Below, in pieces: positions 19,721 through 30,105 of a stretch of DNA of 64,000 nt. The position numbers and the translations under genes are program-made. Origin of the DNA: Acidimicrobiia bacterium (GTDB taxonomy: Bacteria > Actinomycetota > Acidimicrobiia > Spongiisociales > ZC4RG35); assembly GCA_965215185.1 (NCBI GenBank), contig OZ244034.1, forward strand, positions 2,016,001 to 2,080,000. Reading direction: 5' to 3'. The notes under the pieces were generated by a model. That model saw only the letters and a program-made list of their open reading frames with translations. It was not told the origin of the DNA and ran no database searches. How positions within the stretch are numbered: position 1 is the stretch's first letter; each line of letters begins with the position of its first letter.

Positions 19721-21769
19721 TCATAGGACGAATAGGACCACGACCACCAGCAACAGCAGACCTGCCACCAGCAGGCCAGCATACTGCTGGACGCGGCCGC
19801 TCTGAATCCGGCGTACCAGGCCCCCCATTCCCGAGGCGCCCATCGACACCCCGTGCACCACCCCGTCGATGCCACGTTGGTCGATGCCGCCGTACACCAA
19901 AGCGGCCAAGCCCTGACAGAGCACCCCCACCATGTTCACCACTCCGTCGATAACATAGTCGTTCACCCAGTTCACCGCCCGGGCCATCGGAGAGCGGATG
20001 GCCCACACCAGGCCCAAAGCGGCATGATCCAGGTAGTACTTCTGCCGGAGCAGTGGATAGAGCAGGGGGATCTCCAGCTGATCACGGTCTGCGCCTTGGG
20101 TGGTGGAAGGACTGAAAACCACCCATCCCAGCCACAGGCCGGCCACCGCCGCGGCCAGACCTGCCCCGGCCAGGGCCCAGTCGATGGCTTCGGCGTGATG
20201 GTCACCCATTGGGACGCTTCGCACCGCCAGCCAGGACGTGAAGCTTCCCACCCAGGGAAGGGTGAGTCCGGGAATGTTCACCAATCCCACCAGCGCCGAG
20301 GGGATCGCCAGCGCCCACAGGGGACGGGTCATGATGGGCGGCGACTCGTGAGGTTCCCCATGACCCCGGAACTCCCCGTAGAAGGTGAGCGAGACGGCCC
20401 GGGCCATGTAAAAGGCGGTGACGAACGCGCCCGCCACCGCGATCCACATCACCGCGTTGTATCCCTCGTGTCCCAGGGTGGCCAGGATCTCATCCTTCGA
20501 CCAGAAGCCCGCCAAGGGGAAGACTCCAGCCAGCGCCAGGGCGCCGATGACAAAGGTCCGATAGGTGTGAGGCATGAAACGGCGCAGTCCCCCCATGTCC
20601 GACATGTTGTTGGAGTGGACGGCGTGGATCACCGACCCGGCTCCCAGGAACAACAGCGCCTTAAAGAAGGCGTGAGTGAAAAGATGAAAGAGACCGGCGG
20701 TGTAACCCCCGGCGGCCATCGCAGTCATCATGTAGCCCAGTTGGCTGACCGTTGAGTAGGCCAGCACCTTCTTGATGTCTTTAGCCACCAGCGCCAAGAG
20801 TCCCATTCCAAACAGGGTTATGGTCCCCGCCGCGATCATCCACGGCCGGGCAGCGGTGGCCAGTTCCTGATACAACGGGAAAGTGCGAGCCATCAGGTAG
20901 ATGCCGGCGGTGACCATGGTTGCGGCGTGCATCAGAGCAGAGACCGGAGTGGGGCCGGCCATGGCGTCGGGCAGCCAGATGTGGAAGGGGAACTGAGCGC
21001 TTTTACCCATAGCCCCGATAAAGAGCAGCAGACCCGCCGTAACCGCCACCGGTCCCAAGGCGGCGCTGTGCGCAGCCGATGCGGCGGCCAGGTCCCAGAA
21101 GTGGAAGGAGCCGATCACCACCCCGATGATCACCACCCCGATGATCAGGCCCACATCGGCCACCTTGTTGGTGTAGAAAGCTTTCATGGCGGCCGAGGAA
21201 TTCTCCTTCAGCTCCCAGTGGTGGCCAATCAGAAGATAGGATGCCAGACCCACGCCCTCCCAGCCGATGATCAGCTGCACCAGGTTGGGACTTCCCACCA
21301 ACACCAGCATCGACCCGGCGAACAGCGACAGGGCGGCGAAGAAGAAGGTGACCCGCACCTCGCCCTTCATGTACCCGTGGGCATAGACGAACACGGCCAG
21401 GCCCACCGCCGCCACCACCCAGTACATCATGATCGAGAGGCCGTCCACCATCCAGCCCAATTCGAAAACCAGTCCCCCGCCCACCGAGGCGATCTCGATG
21501 CTCCTCTCGTAGAGAACCCCCTTCGATCCCATGTTGAGCAGGAAAAGCGCGGTGGACCATATCAGGTTGAAGGCCATCACGGCAATGGCCACTTCCGCCC
21601 CCTGGTATTTCATCCTCTTTCCGAACAGGACGATCACCAAAAAGGCCAGCAGGGGGCCGATGAGCATCAGACCGGCCCACTCCGCCCAGATACCGCCGGT
21701 TCCCGCCGACACGGATTCGCCTTCCTCGGCGGCCCAGAGCAGGCTTTGGGTGAGGCCCGTTCCTACCAT
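19721..21769 (-). CDS. nuoL: NADH-quinone oxidoreductase subunit L
   Basis: GWEGVGLASYLLIG, GKSAQFP..IWLPDAMAGPTPVSALMHAATMVTAG, HAFFKALLFL, FWSKDEI. Confidence 0.95.
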   Translation of the reverse strand: MVGTGLTQSLLWAAEEGESVSAGTGGIWAEWAGLMLIGPLLAFLVIVLFGKRMKYQGAEVAIAVMAFNLIWSTALFLLNMGSKGVLYERSIEIASVGGGLVFELGWMVDGLSIMMYWVVAAVGLAVFVYAHGYMKGEVRVTFFFAALSLFAGSMLVLVGSPNLVQLIIGWEGVGLASYLLIGHHWELKENSSAAMKAFYTNKVADVGLIIGVVIIGVVIGSFHFWDLAAASAAHSAALGPVAVTAGLLLFIGAMGKSAQFPFHIWLPDAMAGPTPVSALMHAATMVTAGIYLMARTFPLYQELATAARPWMIAAGTITLFGMGLLALVAKDIKKVLAYSTVSQLGYMMTAMAAGGYTAGLFHLFTHAFFKALLFLGAGSVIHAVHSNNMSDMGGLRRFMPHTYRTFVIGALALAGVFPLAGFWSKDEILATLGHEGYNAVMWIAVAGAFVTAFYMARAVSLTFYGEFRGHGEPHESPPIMTRPLWALAIPSALVGLVNIPGLTLPWVGSFTSWLAVRSVPMGDHHAEAIDWALAGAGLAAAVAGLWLGWVVFSPSTTQGADRDQLEIPLLYPLLRQKYYLDHAALGLVWAIRSPMARAVNWVNDYVIDGVVNMVGVLCQGLAALVYGGIDQRGIDGVVHGVSMGASGMGGLVRRIQSGRVQQYAGLLVAGLLLLVVVVLFVL

Positions 21770-22068
21770 CTCATCAGGTCCAGTTCATCAACGTTGGCCG
21801 AGCGGCGGTTACGAAAGATCAGCAAGATAATGGCCAGTCCGATCCCCACTTCGGCAGCGGCCACCGTGATGATGAAAACCGCCATAATCTGTCCCAGCGC
21901 CTCCGGCGTCTGCCAGTAGGCCTCCATGGCCACCAGGTTGATGTTGACCGCGGCCAGCATCAGTTCCACCGACAGAAGCACCATAACCGCATTGCGACGC
22001 ACCAACAGTCCGTAAACACCCATCACGAACAAAAACGCGGCCAGGATGAGGAACTGGTTGAGGATCAC
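21763..22068 (-). CDS. nuoK: NADH-quinone oxidoreductase subunit K
   Basis: RRNAVMVLLSVELML, VAAAEVGIGLAI; GTG start overlaps the nuoJ stop (GTGA). Confidence 0.95.
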   Translation of the reverse strand: MILNQFLILAAFLFVMGVYGLLVRRNAVMVLLSVELMLAAVNINLVAMEAYWQTPEALGQIMAVFIITVAAAEVGIGLAIILLIFRNRRSANVDELDLMRW

Positions 22069-22619
22069 TTCGACTCTCGCTCCCTCTCCTCGGCCGGGCT
22101 GAGGTCGCGGCGAGCGATGGTGATGCCGCCCACCAGGGCCGCCAGCAGCACGAATCCCACCACTTCGAAGGGAATCACGAACCGGCCCAGCAGGCCCTCC
22201 CCGATCACCTCGGTGGGGGTGCCGGCGGTGATCCGGTCGATGGTGACATCGCCCCATTGGCTTATCAGACCCCACATCAGCAGAACGAAGAGCCCCGCCG
22301 AGACCACGATGGCAGGCAGGCGGCGGTTGTGGTCGATATCCCCTTCGTCCCGCCCGGTGGGCGCTCGGGTGATCATGATCCCGAACAAGAACAATACGAT
22401 CACCGCCCCTATGTAGACCAACACCAATACCCAGGCCAGAAACTCGGCCGCCAGCAACAGGAACAGAGCCGCCGTTCCGGCCAGGGCCGCCACCAGGAAC
22501 AGGGCGGCGTGCACCACATTGGGGGAGGTGACCACCCTAAAGCCCGAGAAAGCCGTGGCCAGCCCCACCGCCAAAAACACCCAGTTGAGCGGTTCGGAGA
22601 TCCAGTCCTCGAAGCCCAT
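22065..22619 (-). CDS. nuoJ: NADH-quinone oxidoreductase subunit J
   Basis: NVVHAAL, AEFLA, VYIGAVIVLFLF.IM, PFEVVG..LLAALVG. Confidence 0.95.
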   Translation of the reverse strand: MGFEDWISEPLNWVFLAVGLATAFSGFRVVTSPNVVHAALFLVAALAGTAALFLLLAAEFLAWVLVLVYIGAVIVLFLFGIMITRAPTGRDEGDIDHNRRLPAIVVSAGLFVLLMWGLISQWGDVTIDRITAGTPTEVIGEGLLGRFVIPFEVVGFVLLAALVGGITIARRDLSPAEERERESK

Positions 22620-23093
22620 CTACTTCTCCAGGGCCGGGGCGGCCGGCACCGTTCCCAGCCATTCGAGGAGGCGTTCCTGGTTGTGGAGCATCCCTCCCAT
22701 CTCGGTTTCGGAGTACTCGTAGTCGGGGCTCCAGAACAGGGCATCGAAGGGACAGACCTCCACGCAGATTCCGCAATACATGCACAGGGCATAGTCGATG
22801 TCGAACCGATCGAGAGTTGCTCGCACCCGGGGTCGTCCGCCGGGGCGCGAGGGTGGGCGTTCTTCCTTGTGACCTTCTATATATATGCACCAGTCGGGAC
22901 ACTGACGGGCACACAGCATGCACACGGTGCAAGCCTCTGGATCCAAAGCGATGACCCCACGCGCCCGGGGGGAGGGGGTCTCCTTCACCTTGGGGTAGTT
23001 GACGGTGACCGGTCGGGTGAAGAGGGTGAACAGAGTCACCTTCATACCTTTGAGTAGCCCCAGACCGGGAATGGCGGGAATGGCAAGTTTCAT
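22620..23093 (-). CDS. nuoI: NADH-quinone oxidoreductase subunit I (2x[4Fe-4S])
   Basis: [12 protein letters not shown] and [12 protein letters not shown] ferredoxin motifs. Confidence 0.95.
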   Translation of the reverse strand: MKLAIPAIPGLGLLKGMKVTLFTLFTRPVTVNYPKVKETPSPRARGVIALDPEACTVCMLCARQCPDWCIYIEGHKEERPPSRPGGRPRVRATLDRFDIDYALCMYCGICVEVCPFDALFWSPDYEYSETEMGGMLHNQERLLEWLGTVPAAPALEK

Positions 23094-24098
23094 CTAGAAC
23101 ACCACCTTAAAGATCCCGGTAACAATAATGTTGGCCAGCGAGATAGGGACCAGCCACTTCCAGGCCAGTGATTGCAACTGGTCTTCCCGAAAGCGCGGGA
23201 AAGTCCACCGCATCCAGATGCTCACGAACACAAACAGCCCTATTTTGCCCAGCAGCACCAGGGGCCCCACAAACTGCAGGATGCTGTCGGGAATGCCGGG
23301 CAGCCAGTAGCCGCCCAGGAATAGGGTGGCGGCGATGGCCGAGAGGGTGAACATGTTGGCGAACTCGGCCAAGAAGAAAAACAGGAACCGAAAACCCGAG
23401 TACTCGGTCAAATACCCCATCACCAGCTCCGACTCGGCGATGGGCATGTCGAAGGGGATACGGGACAACTCGGCCAAAGAAGCGATGAAGAACACGCCCA
23501 AACCCACCGCCTGCACCATCACAAACGGCATCCCCCACGACCATCCGGTTTCTGAGAACCAGGAGATCTGCGCCTGCACGATGCCGTCGAGGCTCATGGT
23601 GCCCGCCAGGATCACCACTCCCACCACCGCCAGCACCAGCGGCAGTTCGTAGGCGATCAGCTGGCCGGCGGCTCGCAGGCCCCCGATCAACGAGTATTTG
23701 TTGCCCGACGACCATCCGGCCATCAGAACGCCGATAGTGCCGATCGAAGAGATGGCCAGAGCGTAGAAGATGCCCAGGTCGAGGTTCTGGGGGGTGAGCC
23801 CGGGGCCGAAGGGAATCACCACGAACAGGCCCACTGTCCCCACCATCACCAGCACCGGGGCCATCTTGAAAACCGGGCGGTCGGCGTTGTCAGGAATCAG
23901 GTCCTCTTTTTGGAAGAATTTGACCCCGTCCGCGATGAGCTGCGCCCACCCGAACCGGCCACCCGCAAAGTAGGGTCCGATCCGGCTTTGCATGTGGGCG
24001 GAGATCTTCATCTCCGCATAGCCGATCGCCATCCCCATCACCGGGATGATGGTGGCCACCACCACCAGCCAGATCGGCAACGCCAGCCAGGGACTCAT
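23094..24098 (-). CDS. nuoH: NADH-quinone oxidoreductase subunit H
   Basis: MQSRIGP, ADGVKFFQKED, NKYSLIGGLRAAGQLIAYE, RIPFDMPIAESELVMG, PRFREDQ. Confidence 0.95.
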   Translation of the reverse strand: MSPWLALPIWLVVVATIIPVMGMAIGYAEMKISAHMQSRIGPYFAGGRFGWAQLIADGVKFFQKEDLIPDNADRPVFKMAPVLVMVGTVGLFVVIPFGPGLTPQNLDLGIFYALAISSIGTIGVLMAGWSSGNKYSLIGGLRAAGQLIAYELPLVLAVVGVVILAGTMSLDGIVQAQISWFSETGWSWGMPFVMVQAVGLGVFFIASLAELSRIPFDMPIAESELVMGYLTEYSGFRFLFFFLAEFANMFTLSAIAATLFLGGYWLPGIPDSILQFVGPLVLLGKIGLFVFVSIWMRWTFPRFREDQLQSLAWKWLVPISLANIIVTGIFKVVF

Positions 24099-25285
24099 CG
24101 GTCCACATCCCCCAGTACGAAGTCGAGTGACCCCAAAATAGCGATGATGTCAGGCACCAGTATCCCCTCCAGCACCCACGGGAGAATGGAGATGTTGGAG
24201 AATGACGCGGAACGGATCTTGAGCCGATAGGGACCCAGTCCCCCGTCGGAGACCACGTAATATCCCATCTCCCCTTTGGGGTTTTCGGCCCGCACGTAAA
24301 TCTCTCCGGCCGGGACTTTGATGATGCGAGGCACCTTGGCCTGAATAGGTCCCGAGGGAATGGTGTCCACCGCTTGGCGGACGATGGATGCCGACTGGCG
24401 AATCTCCTCGAGACGCACCCACCACCGATCCCAGCAGTCGCCCCGCTTGCCGGTGGGGATTTCGAAGTCGAACCGGTCATAGGGCAGATAGTCGGAGACC
24501 TTCCTAAGGTCGAACGGCACGCCCGAGGCCCGCAATATCGGACCTGACACCCCGTAGGCCAGGGCCTTGTCGACGGGCACGATGCCTACGCCTTTGGTAC
24601 GGGCCAGGAAGATCTCGTTGCCACCCACCAGGGTCTCCAGTTCAACAACCGTTTCCAGCACCCGGTCCATGGCGTCCCGGGTCTCGGCCAGGAATCCGGC
24701 GGGAAGATCCTGAATGGTCTTTCGGGTGGTGGGCCCCGCTCCCACCGCCGGTTTCACCCCTCCGATGCGATTGAAGTTGGGATGAAACCTTCCTCCGGTC
24801 ACCGACTCGATGAGGTCCAGCACCCGTTCCCGTTCCCGCAGCGCAAAGAACAGCGGGGTGGCTGCTCCCAATTCCAGGGGATAGGAGGCCTGAAACACCA
24901 GATGAGAGGAGATGCGGGCCATCTCGGTGAGGATCAGCCGGATGTACTGGGCGCGTTCGGGCGGCTCCACTCCCATCAGGCGTTCGGCGGCCACTATGAA
25001 AGGAATCTCGTTGGCGTATCCCGACACCCAGTCGATGCGGTTGATCAGGGCGGTGATCTGGGGGTAGGTGCGTACCTCCGACAGCTTCTCGTAGCCGCGA
25101 TGCATGTACCCGATCACCGGTTGCACATCGAAGACCCGCTCACCGTCCACCTTGGCCACCAGGCGCAACACTCCATGCGTGGAAGGATGCTGGGGCCCGA
25201 TGTTGAGCGTCATGTCGGGAGTCTCCAACTCCACGGAAACCGACACCTCGGAGAGATGCCGCATGGTGTCGGGCCCCAGGGTCAT
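24095..25285 (-). CDS. nuoD: NADH-quinone oxidoreductase subunit D
   Basis: NIGPQHPSTHGVLRL, GYMHRGYEK, ENPKGE, C-terminal GDVDR. Confidence 0.95.
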   Translation of the reverse strand: MTLGPDTMRHLSEVSVSVELETPDMTLNIGPQHPSTHGVLRLVAKVDGERVFDVQPVIGYMHRGYEKLSEVRTYPQITALINRIDWVSGYANEIPFIVAAERLMGVEPPERAQYIRLILTEMARISSHLVFQASYPLELGAATPLFFALRERERVLDLIESVTGGRFHPNFNRIGGVKPAVGAGPTTRKTIQDLPAGFLAETRDAMDRVLETVVELETLVGGNEIFLARTKGVGIVPVDKALAYGVSGPILRASGVPFDLRKVSDYLPYDRFDFEIPTGKRGDCWDRWWVRLEEIRQSASIVRQAVDTIPSGPIQAKVPRIIKVPAGEIYVRAENPKGEMGYYVVSDGGLGPYRLKIRSASFSNISILPWVLEGILVPDIIAILGSLDFVLGDVDR

Positions 25286-25286
25286 T

Positions 25287-25880
25287 TCAACCACCTCCCC
25301 CGGTGTCAGGCATGTCCTCCACATCCACATCTCCGGGCCAGGGCTTGACCTCCCTGCTGAGCAGCGGATAGGACTTGAGCAGAGGGTTGCCCTCGAAGGC
25401 GTCGGGAAGGTAGAGGTTCTGGGGACGGGGATGGCCGACGAAGGTGATCCCGAACATCTCCCGGCACTCCCGCTCGTGCCAGTCGGCGCCCGGGTAAACG
25501 TCCATCAGGCTTTCCACCCTGGGGTCGGTGGCGTCTAGGTCGGTGGAGAACACCACCAAGTCTCCGCTGGTCACATCGGAGACGGCGCACAGAAGCTCCA
25601 AGCGTTCGGTCACCTGGTTGGCGAGCGAGTCGCCTACCTGCGGGTCGTTCGCCCAGTGGATGGCGGACAGCCAGGAGAAAAACCTCAGCCTCAACTCATC
25701 TCGGGCGATGCGCAGCGTCTCGGTCCACCGGTTAGAGGAGACGCCCACCTTGACGGTCTGCAATGCTTCCAGCACAACTCCGCCGACCGCCTCGGCGGCC
25801 CGATCCGCCAGCGAACGGTCATCGCCCGCGGCGTCGGCCTCCGCCCTCCCAACATTAGGCGGGCTGGCGGTCACGCTCAT
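25287..25880 (-). CDS. nuoC: NADH-quinone oxidoreductase subunit C
   Basis: [32 protein letters not shown]. Confidence 0.9.
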   Translation of the reverse strand: MSVTASPPNVGRAEADAAGDDRSLADRAAEAVGGVVLEALQTVKVGVSSNRWTETLRIARDELRLRFFSWLSAIHWANDPQVGDSLANQVTERLELLCAVSDVTSGDLVVFSTDLDATDPRVESLMDVYPGADWHERECREMFGITFVGHPRPQNLYLPDAFEGNPLLKSYPLLSREVKPWPGDVDVEDMPDTGGGG

Positions 25881-26352
25881 TCCACTTCTCTTTGATGTTC
25901 TCGTTCTTGATTTTTTCCTGAAGCAGAATGATCCCGTCCATCAGCGCCTCAGGCCGGGGAGGGCAACCGGGCACGTATACGTCCACCGGGATGATCTGGT
26001 CCACTCCCTTGGTGACCGAGTAGGAATCCCAATAGGGGCCCCCGCAGTTGGAGCAGGATCCCATCGAGATCACATACTTGGGCTCGGGCATCTGGTCGTA
26101 CAGCCTCTTGACCGACGGCGCCATCTTGTCGGTGACCGTTCCGGCCACCACCATCAGGTCGGCCTGCCGGGGCGAGGCGGGCAAAGGAATAATCCCAAAG
26201 CGCATGAAGTCATAGCGGGGACCGGAAGCAGCCATCATCTCGATAGCGCAACAGGCCAAGCCGAATTGGAACATCCAAAGGGAGTACCTCCGGGACCAGT
26301 TGAGCAGCCAACTAACCGGCTTAGGAGCCCCGAAGCGCTGGATCACTCCCAC
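25855..26352 (-). CDS. nuoB: NADH-quinone oxidoreductase subunit B
   Basis: [34 protein letters not shown]; GTG start 7 nt after AAGGAG. Confidence 0.95.
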   Translation of the reverse strand: MGVIQRFGAPKPVSWLLNWSRRYSLWMFQFGLACCAIEMMAASGPRYDFMRFGIIPLPASPRQADLMVVAGTVTDKMAPSVKRLYDQMPEPKYVISMGSCSNCGGPYWDSYSVTKGVDQIIPVDVYVPGCPPRPEALMDGIILLQEKIKNENIKEKWNERDRQPA

Positions 26353-26708
26353 CGCAGGACTCCTTTTTTGATGGCGTAGAACAGTCCCTCCACCAAGGTC
26401 AGCATGAAGATAATGATCGCTACCAGTCCGAACACGCCCAACTCCTCGGCAAGGATCGCCCAGGGAAAGATGAAAGCCGCCTCCACATCGAAGATCACGA
26501 ACAACAGCCCGAACACGTAGTAGCGCACGTAGGTCTGGCTCCATCCCTCGCCCACCGGGTCCACCCCGCACTCATAGGTGAGCTTTTTGGCGGCCGTGGG
26601 TTTGTTGGGTCTCAGAATGGACGCAACTCCGAGCATCACCAACACCAACACCACCCCCAAAAGCGCAAAAGCGCCCACAAAGAGGTAGTTCTCGAAGTAC
26701 GAGGTCAT
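26343..26708 (-). CDS. nuoA: NADH-quinone oxidoreductase subunit A
   Basis: [33 protein letters not shown]. Confidence 0.95.
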   Translation of the reverse strand: MTSYFENYLFVGAFALLGVVLVLVMLGVASILRPNKPTAAKKLTYECGVDPVGEGWSQTYVRYYVFGLLFVIFDVEAAFIFPWAILAEELGVFGLVAIIIFMLTLVEGLFYAIKKGVLRWE

Positions 26709-26865
26709 TCGCGAAAACTTGAACCAGACACCCGGTTCTCAGTATAGAAAACCCAAACACCCCAAAGACCCGCCTGCTTTTCGAACCCCCTCGGGAAGAC
26801 GGATACAAAAAATGACTCCTAATAACGGCAGGCGGCCGAAATGGACATCTTCTACCATTGCGGGA

Positions 26866-28389
26866 ATGGAGAGACCCAACATCGTCCTGATCATGGCCGA
26901 CCAGTTGGCCCCTCACTTTCTCCCCAGTTACGGGCACCGCGTGGTGCTGGCGCCACACATCTCCCGCATGGCCGACGAGGGGGTCGCCTTCGACTGGGCG
27001 TACACCAACTCGCCGCTGTGCGGACCTTCCCGATACGTGATGATGACCTCCTGCCTACCCGCCCGAATCGGAGCGTGGGACAACGCCGCCGAGTGGTCTG
27101 TCGAGATCCCGACTTTCGCCCACTACCTGGCAGATCGAGGCTATCTGACCTGCCTGTCCGGCAAAATGCACTTCATAGGGCCGGATCAGTTGCACGGGTT
27201 CGAGGAAAGGCTCACCACCGATACCTACCCGGCCGACTTCGTCTGGTCTCCCCGCTGGGACCAGCCCGATGAACGCCAGGACTGGTTCCACACCATGAAG
27301 GTGGTGACCGAAGCCGGCACCGCCCTGGCGGCGGTGAACATCGACTACGACGACGAGGTCACCTTCCGGGCCCAGCGCTGGATATATGACCGCGCCCGGG
27401 CCAGTGAACGTCCCTTTATGCTCACCATCTCTTTCATCCAGCCCCACGACCCCTACCTGGCAAGGCCCGAAACCTGGAACCTGTACAACGACGATGACAT
27501 CGACATGCCCCTCACTACCTTTGAGAAAGCGCCCCGCGACCCTCACAGCGACCGGCTGCGCTGGGCGATCGGGGCTTCCGACATCGTTTTGACCGAACAA
27601 CAGATCCGAGCCGCGCGCCGGGCTTATTACGCCTCGGTTTCCGACTTCGACCGACGGGTGGGTTTGGTGCGAAAGGCGCTGGAGGAAACCGGCATGGCCG
27701 ACAACACCATCGTCATCGTCACCTCCGATCACGGGGACATGCTGGGAGAGCGGGGCCTGTGGTTCAAGATGAGCTTCTTGGAAAGGTCGGTGCGGGTGCC
27801 GTTGATCTTTTGGTGCCCGAACCGTCTGAAGCCCCGCCGGGTATCTGAGGCGGTGTCGCTGGTGGATCTGGGACCGACCATGGTGGGCCTGGCCACCGAT
27901 CGCACCGAAATCGACTACCCGACCCAACTGGATGGAAGATCCCTGCTCCCTCACCTTTACGGTGACCGGGGGCACGACGAAGTCATCGGCGAGTACTACG
28001 CCGAGGGCTCCCTGACTCCCATGTTCATGGTGCAGCGCGAGGGGGCCAAGTACGTGGTAGCGGACGGCGATCCCGACCAGGTGTTCGATGTGAAAGCCGA
28101 CCCGGAGGAACTGGCCAACCTGGCCCGCAGCGACCAGGGCCTGTCCGCCGTCAAGAAGGAAATCAACACGAGATGGGACAGTGCACAACTAACCGACCAG
28201 ATCCTAGAGAGCCAGCGGCGTCGGGCGTTCGTAAGCCGGGTGATGCGTAGCCAGGGAATCGGTTGGGACTTCACTCCCAACTTCGGTGGGGAGGAACTCT
28301 ACATTCGCAGTCATGTGCCGATCGGGGTACTGGAAAACCGGTCTCGTTTTCCTCGTTACGGCAACCAAGCCCGTAACGAAAAGAACTGA
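26866..28389 (+). CDS. betC: Choline-sulfatase
   Basis: RPNIVLIMADQ, NSPLCGPSR (CxPxR formylglycine motif), GKMHFIGPDQLHGFEERLTTD.YPADF, DHGDMLGERGLWFKM. Confidence 0.9.
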   Translation: MERPNIVLIMADQLAPHFLPSYGHRVVLAPHISRMADEGVAFDWAYTNSPLCGPSRYVMMTSCLPARIGAWDNAAEWSVEIPTFAHYLADRGYLTCLSGKMHFIGPDQLHGFEERLTTDTYPADFVWSPRWDQPDERQDWFHTMKVVTEAGTALAAVNIDYDDEVTFRAQRWIYDRARASERPFMLTISFIQPHDPYLARPETWNLYNDDDIDMPLTTFEKAPRDPHSDRLRWAIGASDIVLTEQQIRAARRAYYASVSDFDRRVGLVRKALEETGMADNTIVIVTSDHGDMLGERGLWFKMSFLERSVRVPLIFWCPNRLKPRRVSEAVSLVDLGPTMVGLATDRTEIDYPTQLDGRSLLPHLYGDRGHDEVIGEYYAEGSLTPMFMVQREGAKYVVADGDPDQVFDVKADPEELANLARSDQGLSAVKKEINTRWDSAQLTDQILESQRRRAFVSRVMRSQGIGWDFTPNFGGEELYIRSHVPIGVLENRSRFPRYGNQARNEKN

Positions 28390-28410
28390 TCCTTCCCACC
28401 GCCGACTGCA

Positions 28411-30045
28411 ATGGACAAATACGACTTCCTCATAATCGGCGGCGGATCGGCCGGGTGCGCCCTGGCCAACCGGCTCAGCGCCGACCCTTCCCACCGGGTG
28501 CTGGTATTGGAAGCAGGCCGTCCCGACTATCGCTGGGATGTCTTCATCCACATGCCGGCTGCTCTTACCTACCCGATCGGATCGAAGTACTACGACTGGA
28601 AATACCAGTCGGAGCCCGAACCTTTCATGGGGGGGCGGCGCATCTATCACGCGCGGGGCAAGGTGCTGGGCGGATCCAGTTCCATCAACGGGATGATCTT
28701 CCAGCGCGGCAACCCCATGGACTTCGAAAAGTGGGCGTCCCAACCCGGCATGCAGACGTGGGACTACGCCCACTGCCTTCCTTACTTCAAACGACTGGAA
28801 ACCACTCTGGCGGGGGCCGATGAGTACCGGGGAGACCAAGGGCCGCTCGTCCTTGAGCGGGGACCGGCCGCCAATCCCTTGTTCCAGGCTTTTTTCGAAG
28901 CCGGAGAGCAGGCCGGGATCCCCAACACCACCGATGTGAACGGCTACCGGCAGGAGGGCTTCGCCGCCTTCGACGCCAACCGCCACCGAGGACGGCGACT
29001 GAGCGCCTCCCGCGCTTACCTGCATCCAGTGATGAACCGGCCCAATCTGTCGTTAATAACCCGGGCGCACGCCACGCGGATCCTGTTCCGGGGAGACCGC
29101 GCGGTCGGCGTGGAATATCGCAAGGGACGTGAGCTGCGGCGGGTGGAGGGAGCGGAATTGATCCTCTGCGGAGGGTCAATCAACTCACCACAGCTGCTGA
29201 TGCTCTCGGGAATCGGGCCTCGTGCGCATCTGGAATCGATGGGGATCGACGTGGTGGCCGACCTTCCCGGAGTAGGACAGAACCTCCAAGACCACCTGGA
29301 GGTGTACGTCCAGCACGCCTCTTTGAAGCCGGTGTCGCTTCAACCCTATCTAGCCAAATGGCGGATGCCCTGGATCGGACTCCAATGGCTGTTCCGCACC
29401 GGCCCCGCCACCAGCAACCACTTCGAGGGCGGCGGGTTCGTGCGGGGCAACGACCGGGTTGACTATCCGAACCTGATGCTTCACTTCCTGCCGGTGGCGA
29501 TCCGTTACGACGGCTCGGTCCCGGCCAAGGGGCACGGCTATCAGGTGCATGTCGGCCCCATGTATACCGATGTGCGGGGAAGCCTGTCGCTTCGTTCTGC
29601 CGATCCCTTCGACAAGCCGGCGCTGCGCTTCAACTACCTGTCCACGCCCGAGGACCGCCGCCAGTGGGTGGAAGCCGTGCAAACCGTGCGCCACATCCTC
29701 AGCCAGCCGGCCTTCGAGGAGTTCGATGGCGGGGAACTATCGCCTGGCCCGGCGGTGCAGACCGACGAGGAGATCCTCGCCTGGGTGGGCAGCGATGGGG
29801 AGACCGCTCTCCACCCCTCCTGCACGGCCAAGATGGGAGTCGACGAGATGGCGGTGGTAAAGCCCACCGACCTGCGAGTGCACGGCATAGAAGGGCTACG
29901 GGTAGTGGACGCCTCGGTGATGCCCACCATCACCAACGGAAACATCTACGCGCCGGTGATGATGATCGCCGAACGCGCCGCCGACGCCATCCTCGGCAAC
30001 ACCCTCCTTGCCCCCGAACACGTCGAGTGGTACCGCCACGGTTGA
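28411..30045 (+). CDS. betA: Choline dehydrogenase (GMC oxidoreductase)
   Basis: [54 protein letters not shown]; follows betC. Confidence 0.92.
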   Translation: MDKYDFLIIGGGSAGCALANRLSADPSHRVLVLEAGRPDYRWDVFIHMPAALTYPIGSKYYDWKYQSEPEPFMGGRRIYHARGKVLGGSSSINGMIFQRGNPMDFEKWASQPGMQTWDYAHCLPYFKRLETTLAGADEYRGDQGPLVLERGPAANPLFQAFFEAGEQAGIPNTTDVNGYRQEGFAAFDANRHRGRRLSASRAYLHPVMNRPNLSLITRAHATRILFRGDRAVGVEYRKGRELRRVEGAELILCGGSINSPQLLMLSGIGPRAHLESMGIDVVADLPGVGQNLQDHLEVYVQHASLKPVSLQPYLAKWRMPWIGLQWLFRTGPATSNHFEGGGFVRGNDRVDYPNLMLHFLPVAIRYDGSVPAKGHGYQVHVGPMYTDVRGSLSLRSADPFDKPALRFNYLSTPEDRRQWVEAVQTVRHILSQPAFEEFDGGELSPGPAVQTDEEILAWVGSDGETALHPSCTAKMGVDEMAVVKPTDLRVHGIEGLRVVDASVMPTITNGNIYAPVMMIAERAADAILGNTLLAPEHVEWYRHG

Positions 30046-30105
30046 AGTCCCCTCACTGATGGATGGGTTAGGCCTCTCCCGAGATCAAGGTAGCGTGATA
30101 CCTCT

